DNA of 64,000 nucleotides from Thermodesulfobacteriota bacterium (GTDB lineage Bacteria; Desulfobacterota_D; UBA1144; Nemesobacterales; Nemesobacteraceae): NCBI GenBank assembly GCA_965202785.1, contig OZ241855.1, positions 754,633 to 818,632 of the forward strand, read 5' to 3'. Shown piece by piece: positions 57,359 to 64,000 of this stretch (position 1 is its first letter; each line of letters starts with the position of its first letter). The notes under the pieces were generated by a model. It saw only the letters and a program-made list of their open reading frames with translations, ran no database searches and was not told where the DNA came from. The position numbers and the translations under genes were made by a program.

Positions 57359-58855
57359 ATGTTCAAAAAAATACTGATAGCAAACAGGGGAGAGATAGCG
57401 GTAAGAATCATCAGGGCGTGCCGGGAACTTGGAATCGCTACGGTGGCAGTTTATTCAGACGCTGACAGAGACGCTCTTCACGTTATGCTCGCGGATGAGG
57501 CTTACCATATAGGAGCGTCGAAACCCTCTGAGAGCTACTTGGCAGGGGAGAAGGTAGTTGCGGCCGCCAAGAAATCCGGGGCCGAAGCAATACACCCGGG
57601 GTTCGGATTTCTTTCCGAAAACGATTCCTTCGCCGAGCTGTGCGAGAAAGAGGGCGTGGTTTTCATAGGGCCTTCCGCGGAAGCGATAAGGCTTATGGGG
57701 GATAAAGTAACCGCGAGGAAGATAGCCAGAGAAGCGAACCTACCCCTTGTTCCCGGGTCCGAGGGAGCCGTATCAGATGTTGAAGCTTCCAGGGTGGCGA
57801 AGAAAATTGGCTACCCGGTGATGATAAAGGCTTCTGCGGGCGGGGGCGGAAAGGGGATGAGACTCGTTAATTCCAAGGAGGAATTCGAATCGTCCCTTCG
57901 TATGGCCAGGAGCGAGGCGTTCTCCTCTTTCGGAGACGATTCCGTATTCATAGAAAAATTCATTCAGAAACCGAGACACGTCGAAGTCCAGGTTCTCGGA
58001 GACAGGCACGGAAACCTGCTGCATCTGTTCGAGCGCGAATGCTCGATACAGAGACGCCACCAGAAGGTGATAGAGGAAGCTCCCTCGGGATTCATAAGCC
58101 AGAAAACGAGAAAAAACATGTGCGAAGTCGCACTTCGCATAGCAAAAGCGGTTGACTATTTCGGGGCCGGCACGGTCGAGTTCATAATGGACCAGGAGGA
58201 GAATTTCTATTTTCTGGAAATGAACACCAGGGTGCAGGTCGAGCACCCGGTCACGGAAATGATCACGGGAATCGATATAGTGAAATGGATGATAAGGATA
58301 GCTTCGGGGGAAAAACTGCCTTTCAAGCAGTCTGCCATAAAAATGCAGGGCCATGCTCTTGAATGCAGGGTTTACGCGGAGGACCCCGCCACCAATTTTC
58401 TTCCCTCGCCAGGACCCCTTCACTACGTCCGTGCTCCCAGCGGTCCGGGAGTGAGGGATGATTCATCCGTCTACAGCGGCTGCGAGATAACGTCTTTTTA
58501 CGATCCGATGCTCTCAAAGCTTGTCGTCTGGGGAAATTCCCGGGAGGATGCGGTAGACAGGATGCTTTCCGCTCTAAGGGAATACGTGGTTCTGGGAGTG
58601 CGAACCAATCTCGGATTTCTGATCAGAATGATGCGGGATCCGGAGTTCCGCAAGGCGCAGATTGACACAGGCTTTATAGAGAGACATCCAGAACTTCTGG
58701 TGCCCGAGGAATCTGATCCTGAACTCATACTCATGGCCGCCGCCGTCGCCATGAACGGTGGCTCGAACCAGGTTGTGCAGGGGAAAACCGCCACTTCTTC
58801 GAGCTGGAAGCTTTTTGCCAGAAGGGTCGGCGTATCCGGGAATCCGCTGTTATGA
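57359..58855 (+). CDS. accC: Biotin carboxylase subunit
   Basis: MFKKILIANRGEIAVRIIRAC, ATP-grasp fold, 498 aa. Confidence 0.92.
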   Translation: MFKKILIANRGEIAVRIIRACRELGIATVAVYSDADRDALHVMLADEAYHIGASKPSESYLAGEKVVAAAKKSGAEAIHPGFGFLSENDSFAELCEKEGVVFIGPSAEAIRLMGDKVTARKIAREANLPLVPGSEGAVSDVEASRVAKKIGYPVMIKASAGGGGKGMRLVNSKEEFESSLRMARSEAFSSFGDDSVFIEKFIQKPRHVEVQVLGDRHGNLLHLFERECSIQRRHQKVIEEAPSGFISQKTRKNMCEVALRIAKAVDYFGAGTVEFIMDQEENFYFLEMNTRVQVEHPVTEMITGIDIVKWMIRIASGEKLPFKQSAIKMQGHALECRVYAEDPATNFLPSPGPLHYVRAPSGPGVRDDSSVYSGCEITSFYDPMLSKLVVWGNSREDAVDRMLSALREYVVLGVRTNLGFLIRMMRDPEFRKAQIDTGFIERHPELLVPEESDPELILMAAAVAMNGGSNQVVQGKTATSSSWKLFARRVGVSGNPLL

Positions 58856-59343
58856 CTTATACTTTCAAACTGGGAAACAAAACCTATAGGGTAGGTTTCG
58901 AAGAGAAGGAAGGACTGAGCCTTTTCAGCATAGACGATGAGCAGAAGGAATTAGAATTTCTGCGTATAGACGAAAACACCTATTCGATCCTGGTTGACAA
59001 CAAGAGCATCACCGTAGGGATATTCAGGGAAGGAAAGAAAATACAGATTTTCCACGAAGGTGATCTCTACGAACTGGAGGCCGTTTCCGGAAGGGACGCT
59101 TCCCAGGCAGAAGGCACGGGGAGTCTTAACATAACGGCGCCTATGCACAGCAGGGTAGTGAAGATCCTTAAGAAACAGGGAGACAGCGTCGAGGTTGGGG
59201 ACAGCGTCATAGTGGTTGAAGCGATGAAGATGGAAAGCGAGCTTAAAGCCTCTGCCTCGGGCACCATAAAGGAAATAAGGGTTAAAGAAGGGGATACGGT
59301 TGAGAAGGACTCTGTTCTGGTTGCCCTTTCCGATAGTGAATAA
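58852..59343 (+). CDS. Biotin carboxyl carrier protein (biotinyl/lipoyl domain)
   Basis: The C-terminal domain carries VEAMKMESEL (AMKM biotin attachment motif). Confidence 0.8.
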   Translation: MTYTFKLGNKTYRVGFEEKEGLSLFSIDDEQKELEFLRIDENTYSILVDNKSITVGIFREGKKIQIFHEGDLYELEAVSGRDASQAEGTGSLNITAPMHSRVVKILKKQGDSVEVGDSVIVVEAMKMESELKASASGTIKEIRVKEGDTVEKDSVLVALSDSE

Positions 59344-59369
59344 TCATCAGAAAGTGAGGTTGTTTTAAA

Positions 59370-60542
59370 GTGAAAAAAGTAGCTACGCTTTTGTTTTTTG
59401 CCGTGGTGGCCGCGGCTGCGGTCCTCGGTCTTGTTTCCTGCGGCGAGGATAGCGACGAGGAGATTGCAGTCGGCGTCGCCTTTCCCCTTACGGGAGTGTC
59501 AGAGGGGCTCGGGGATAACATGAAAAAAGGCGTCGAACTCGCCATAGAGGAGATCAACGCGTCGGCGCTTCTCGGCGGGACGGATCTCCGACCGGTTTTT
59601 GAGGATACCGAAGGCACCCCGGACGGTGCTGAGAGGGCTTTCAGGAAGCTTATCGGTGAGGACGCCGTGAGTGCGATAATCGGTCCGTGGAGTTCCAGCT
59701 CGACGAAAGAAATCGCCCCGCTTGCGAACGAAAGCGAGGTGGTGGCCATAAGTCCGACCTCCGCCGCGAGTCCAAGCGGGATCACCGCTCCCGGCGATTT
59801 CATATTCCGTACTTCCCTTAGCGTGGACAAAATGGTGCCCGAAGGAATAAGGAAAACCAAAGACGCTCTGGGGTATTCAAAAGCGGCGACCATAGTCAAC
59901 CAAGCCGACACTTTCTCCGTGAGCAGCAACAAGAAGGTGCTTGAGGAACTCATGAGAAATGAGCACTCGGACGTTGAGGTCGTGACGAAGCAGACTTTCA
60001 GCCGCGAAAAGAATGCCGAGCTTCCCGATCTCACGGAGCAGTTAAGTGCCATAAGGGACTCGGGTGCGGACGTGGTATTCGTTTCGGCGCTTTCGCCGGG
60101 GCGCCAGGGGGTAATAGTCAGGGCCCGCGAGATGGGCATAACAGTTCCCCTGATCGTAATTGTGCTCACGGAGACGGGCGTGGCGGAGGCCGAGAAGAAA
60201 CTGGAGGGGTCGACCGAAGACGTTGTTACGATTACGAGCTGGGTAGGCGACAGCACGCCTCGGAGCGAGGATTTCGTCGGGAAATACAAGGCGAAATACA
60301 AAGAGGACCCCGATGCGTACTCGGCGCGCTCCTACGCTTCCACCCAAATACTGGCCGCCGCCATCGCACGTGCTTCAACCCACAGTTCTGAGGATATAAG
60401 GGCGGCCCTGCAGATGATCGGTCCGGAATCCGCTCTGGACGACACTATTTTCGGGAAATTCTATTTCGACGAGAACGGGGATGGGATCTACAGCCCCGTG
60501 GTAAGGATAGTCCGCGGCGGCAAGTTTGAAACCCTAGAGTAA
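59370..60542 (+). CDS. Liv-type (periplasmic binding protein type I, branched-chain amino acid family) ABC transporter substrate-binding lipoprotein, copy 1
   Basis: GTG start, lipobox LVSCGEDS, IAVGVAFPLTG N-terminal lobe, 390 aa. Confidence 0.8.
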   Translation: MKKVATLLFFAVVAAAAVLGLVSCGEDSDEEIAVGVAFPLTGVSEGLGDNMKKGVELAIEEINASALLGGTDLRPVFEDTEGTPDGAERAFRKLIGEDAVSAIIGPWSSSSTKEIAPLANESEVVAISPTSAASPSGITAPGDFIFRTSLSVDKMVPEGIRKTKDALGYSKAATIVNQADTFSVSSNKKVLEELMRNEHSDVEVVTKQTFSREKNAELPDLTEQLSAIRDSGADVVFVSALSPGRQGVIVRAREMGITVPLIVIVLTETGVAEAEKKLEGSTEDVVTITSWVGDSTPRSEDFVGKYKAKYKEDPDAYSARSYASTQILAAAIARASTHSSEDIRAALQMIGPESALDDTIFGKFYFDENGDGIYSPVVRIVRGGKFETLE

Positions 60543-60602
60543 TCTCGTTATTCAGGCCTGTCAGCACGGTTTTGATCCTGAGCGTTTGAACGGGTATCTT
60601 TC

Positions 60603-61784
60603 TTGGAGAATGGATGGCTGTCGGAGGACTTTAACATAAAAAAAGTAACTGCATTTATGTTTGCTGCCGGAGCCGTTGTGCTGCTGCTTCTCGGTTCTTT
60701 TTCCTGTGGCCAGAACGAAACCGAAGAGATTGAGGTCGGTGTTGTTGTTCCCCTTACCGGTCCGCTTTCCTCAAACGGCCTGCAGATGAAAAACGGCATG
60801 GAGCTTGCCCTTGGGGAAATTAACGGATCGCCACTGCTTGACGGAAAAGAAATCAGGTTCATAGTTGAGGATTCCGAGGGTACCCCAGACGGCGCCGAGA
60901 GAGCCTACAGAAAGCTTATTGAGCAGGATGGAGTGGTTGCCGTCCTTGGTCCTTTTACGTCGAGCGCCACCGAAAGAATCATTCCGGTCGCGCAGCAAAA
61001 CAAGGTTGTGGCTTTCAGTCCCACATCCGCGGCGCGCGGTCTCAGCGCCAGAAGCGAATTTGCCTTCCGTGCATCCCTCACCGTCGACCCGCTTGTGCAG
61101 GCTGGCGTTATGGTTACCAGAGAGCAGTTGCGTTACAATAACGTAGCCACGATAGTGAATGAAGCTGATTCTTTTTCCTCAAGTAACCACGAAAAGGTAA
61201 AAGAGGAGCTTGAAAAGCATGGTGTCAGGATCGTGAGCGAGCAGGCTTATTCTCGACCAACCGGTGCACTTCCCGACCTGACTAGCCAGTTAACCGACAT
61301 AATAAATGCCGTCCCTCCACCCGAGGCTCTTTTCATATCAGCTCTGGCTCCAGGCCGCAGAGGAATTATGGTTCAGGCGCGACGACTCGGAATGGATATG
61401 AATATTCCTTTTCTGATTACCCTGTCTACTCTGGATGACGTGAGCGAAGCTGCAGATGCGGCCGAGGGCGCGATTACCTTTACGACCTGGATTGCGGCTA
61501 TTGACACACCCGAGAACCGCAAGTTTCTCAGGAATTACCGGGAAAAATACGACGGTGAACCCGACGCTTTTGCCGCACTATCCTATGCGGCTACCCACAT
61601 ATTGGCCGAAGCTATTGCCGACGCTTCTTCAACTAACCCGGAAGCCATACGCGATTCGATGGCCGATATTAGGGCAGACACGCTCTTAGGCGAGTTCTAT
61701 TTTGATCGCCACGGGGATGCGGTTTACGAACCGATTGTGGGAATAGTAGAAAACGGCATGTTTGAAGTTTTCGACCGACCATGA
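60603..61784 (+). CDS. Liv-type substrate-binding lipoprotein, copy 2 (start ambiguous)
   Basis: A paralog of copy 1 (lipobox SFSCGQNE). The position homologous to the copy 1 and copy 3 start codon is ATA, so translation must start at the upstream ATG 60603 or at the internal ATG. Confidence 0.7.
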   Translation: MENGWLSEDFNIKKVTAFMFAAGAVVLLLLGSFSCGQNETEEIEVGVVVPLTGPLSSNGLQMKNGMELALGEINGSPLLDGKEIRFIVEDSEGTPDGAERAYRKLIEQDGVVAVLGPFTSSATERIIPVAQQNKVVAFSPTSAARGLSARSEFAFRASLTVDPLVQAGVMVTREQLRYNNVATIVNEADSFSSSNHEKVKEELEKHGVRIVSEQAYSRPTGALPDLTSQLTDIINAVPPPEALFISALAPGRRGIMVQARRLGMDMNIPFLITLSTLDDVSEAADAAEGAITFTTWIAAIDTPENRKFLRNYREKYDGEPDAFAALSYAATHILAEAIADASSTNPEAIRDSMADIRADTLLGEFYFDRHGDAVYEPIVGIVENGMFEVFDRP

Positions 61785-61912
61785 CCGGTTTGAGTCGGTT
61801 CAATAAGTTTGCCTTCAGGTGTTTAGTGGGGGGAGAGAGAACCTGAACACACATTCTTCTTAGTTGACCCGTCCGTATGGCAAATGTCACCAGAAACAAA
61901 GGGGCACTTGAT

Positions 61913-63052
61913 ATGAAAAAAATAGCTACTCTCATGTTGATTGCAGTAGCCATGGTTCTCAGCTTTCTTTCCTGCGCTCAAGATGAAACCGAGGAGATTC
62001 CCGTCGGCGTCATCATTTCTCTCACAGGTTCGCATGCGGGCTTTGATCTAAAAAATGCTCTGGATCTGGCTCTTGAAGAAGTTAACGCATCGCTGCTGCC
62101 TGACGGCAGGAAAATCAGGTTCATCTTTGAGGATTCTGAAAGTACTCCGGATGGAGCGGAAAGAGCGTACAGAAAACTTATTGAACGGGGTGAAGTAGTG
62201 GCCATACTGGGTCCCTATACTTCAAGCGAGGTTAAAAGAATTATTCCGGTCCTGAGTCAGAACGGAGTTTTGGTTCTCAGTCCCACCTCTGCCGCGAGCG
62301 GTCTCAGCACCCAAAGCGATTTTCTCTTCCGCTGTTCTCTTACAGTCGAGCGTTTGGTGCCGAAAGGGGTCAGGGTTATCAGGGAGGAATTTGGCTACAG
62401 AAAAGTGGCTGCGATAGCAAACCGCGTGGATGCTTTTTCGCAGAGCAATCTAGAACTGCTGAAACGGGAGATTGACAAGTATGAGGACGTCTCGATTGTG
62501 AGTGAGCAGTTTTTTGACCTGTCCGGCGACGGCCAACTCCCCGACCTGACCGACCAGTTGATCAGGATAAAGGATACGGACCCCGATGCTATCTTCGTTT
62601 CTGCTTTGCCTCCTGAGCAGCCTGGGGTTATGGTCCAGGCGCGGCGGCTCGGGATAGCGGATGTTCCTTTTATCATCACTCATCTCGCAATAGGTGTCGT
62701 GGGGGCGGCGAATAACACTGAACCCGGTTCCGCCGAAGGTTCAATTACCTCTACGAGCTGGATTGCCGCTGTGGACATTCCCGAAAATCGAAAATTTCTC
62801 AGGAATTACCGGGAAAAATACGACGGTGAGCCCGGTTCTTTTTCCGCGCTGTCGTACGTTTCGGTCTATATACTGGCCGAAGCTGTTTCTAATGCTGTTT
62901 CAACCGATCCACGGGCGATTCGCGATGCGATGGCCGACCTCAGGTTGAATACACTTTTAGGCGAATTCTATTTTGACCGTAACGGGGATGCGGTTTACGA
63001 GCCGATTGTTGCGAGAGTAAAGGACGGCAAATTCGAAGTTATAGGGCAATAG
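61913..63052 (+). CDS. Liv-type substrate-binding lipoprotein, copy 3
   Basis: MKKIATLMLIAVAMVLSFLSCAQDE with an AAAGGGG ribosome-binding site, a paralog of copies 1 and 2. Confidence 0.8.
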   Translation: MKKIATLMLIAVAMVLSFLSCAQDETEEIPVGVIISLTGSHAGFDLKNALDLALEEVNASLLPDGRKIRFIFEDSESTPDGAERAYRKLIERGEVVAILGPYTSSEVKRIIPVLSQNGVLVLSPTSAASGLSTQSDFLFRCSLTVERLVPKGVRVIREEFGYRKVAAIANRVDAFSQSNLELLKREIDKYEDVSIVSEQFFDLSGDGQLPDLTDQLIRIKDTDPDAIFVSALPPEQPGVMVQARRLGIADVPFIITHLAIGVVGAANNTEPGSAEGSITSTSWIAAVDIPENRKFLRNYREKYDGEPGSFSALSYVSVYILAEAVSNAVSTDPRAIRDAMADLRLNTLLGEFYFDRNGDAVYEPIVARVKDGKFEVIGQ

Positions 63053-63142
63053 TTAAGCCAGCACATTACGCTCGACTCTTTAAGCTTTGTGGAGTGTTTT
63101 TGTAAGACAATCGTTAAGAGGTGAGGTTTTCAAACTGTTGCT

Positions 63143-64000
63143 ATGAAAAGATCGAAAGAATTTCTTCCGATTCTCTGCATTCTTCTTTTCATTTCCTGCG
63201 GTTCTGGGAACAAAGCCCCAGACGCCGTGGATATTTCCCGCAAGGACACGCTTAACATAAATATCGGCACCGAACCTCCCACGCTTGACTGGTCTCTCGC
63301 TACAGATGTCACATCTTTTACAATCATAGAGAACATAATGGACGGTCTCGCGGCGTTTGATGAAAAATACGAGCCCGTACCCGCTCTCGCGAGAAGCTGG
63401 GGGGTAAGTGAGGATGGAAGGACTTATACCTTTAAAATAAGGGAAAAAGTCCTCTGGACAGACGGGGTGCCGCTTCGAGCCCGGGATTTCCTTTATTCAT
63501 GGAAAAGGATCCTTAAACCCGAAACTGCCGGAAGCTATGCCTACTTTCTCTTTGACATAAAAAACGCTAGGAAGTTTAACTCGGGGGAAATAAAGGATTT
63601 TGCCAAAGTCGGGGTAAAAGCTCCGGATGAACATACTCTTATTGTTACTCTTGAAAAGCCGAGAGCCTATTTTCTGAGCCTAGTCACTTTCATGTCCACT
63701 TTTCCGATGAGAAAGGATATTGTTGAGAAATATGGAACCAGATGGACTGAGGCTGAGAACATGGTAACTCTGGGACCTTACAGATTAAAAGAATGGAAGC
63801 ATCATAAGGAAGTTCTTATCGAGGAATATGAAGGCTACTGGGGGGATAAACCCAAAAGCGCTAAGAAGGTAAAGATGATAATGAACGAGAATCCCGTATC
63901 CACCCTCGCCCTTTATGAAAGCGGAGAGCTCGATTTTCTTGACAGCAAGGGAATTCCCCTGCTTGAGGTTCCAAGGGTTATGAAGCTTCCGGATTTTAAG
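63143..64000 (+). CDS. Family-5 (OppA/DppA-like) peptide ABC transporter substrate-binding lipoprotein, 3' truncated by the window end
   Basis: MKRSKEFLPILCILLFISCGSG lipoprotein signal, and LNINIGTEPPTLDWSLATD family-5 signature. The frame is open to position 64000. It is absent from the ORF track because there is no stop codon in the window. Confidence 0.8.
   Translation, partial: MKRSKEFLPILCILLFISCGSGNKAPDAVDISRKDTLNINIGTEPPTLDWSLATDVTSFTIIENIMDGLAAFDEKYEPVPALARSWGVSEDGRTYTFKIREKVLWTDGVPLRARDFLYSWKRILKPETAGSYAYFLFDIKNARKFNSGEIKDFAKVGVKAPDEHTLIVTLEKPRAYFLSLVTFMSTFPMRKDIVEKYGTRWTEAENMVTLGPYRLKEWKHHKEVLIEEYEGYWGDKPKSAKKVKMIMNENPVSTLALYESGELDFLDSKGIPLLEVPRVMKLPDFK

Noticed and set aside
1-64000. 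CRISPR arrays, rRNA and tRNA genes.
   Set aside because: No regularly spaced direct repeats and no rRNA- or tRNA-like structured segments were found in the intergenic regions inspected.

Overview
This is a roughly 55% GC chromosomal segment from a Gram-negative bacterium. The host is probably an anaerobe, judging from the Na+-translocating oxaloacetate decarboxylase oadGAB, the three-subunit acyl-CoA carboxylase, and the presence of IHF, lipoprotein MltA and long-form YidC. The exact taxon cannot be determined from the sequence.

Most of the window is housekeeping: mnmE, pheT, ihfA, tilS, smc, secA, folK/folD/pterin dehydratase, thiD, a trpE/trpG-like pair, kefB-like, tadA, the jag-yidC-yidD-rnpA-rpmH cluster, rpmG-rpmB, fabH, gltX and coaE.

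Several AT-rich accessory islets and paralog arrays are embedded in this backbone:
- An HTH-XRE/Panacea(DUF4065)-like antitoxin paired with a RelE/ParE-like toxin, with an operator-like palindrome at its promoter.
- A solo TnpB (IS200/IS605 OrfB-type RuvC nuclease) element bounded by perfect 18-bp inverted repeats, inserted 10 bp upstream of mltA.
- A decayed higB (frameshift) next to an intact higA.
- A tandem duplication of small membrane-anchored proteins carrying repeated acidic D-P-F-Q motifs, each followed by a conserved structured about 75-nt element.
- Two about 70%-identical ANL (AMP-dependent ligase) paralogs flanking a CaCA antiporter, with a 16-bp-arm perfect palindrome upstream.
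- Three tandem Liv-type solute-binding lipoproteins followed by an OppA-like binding protein, with no adjacent permease or ATPase genes.

No rRNA, tRNA or CRISPR array was found.
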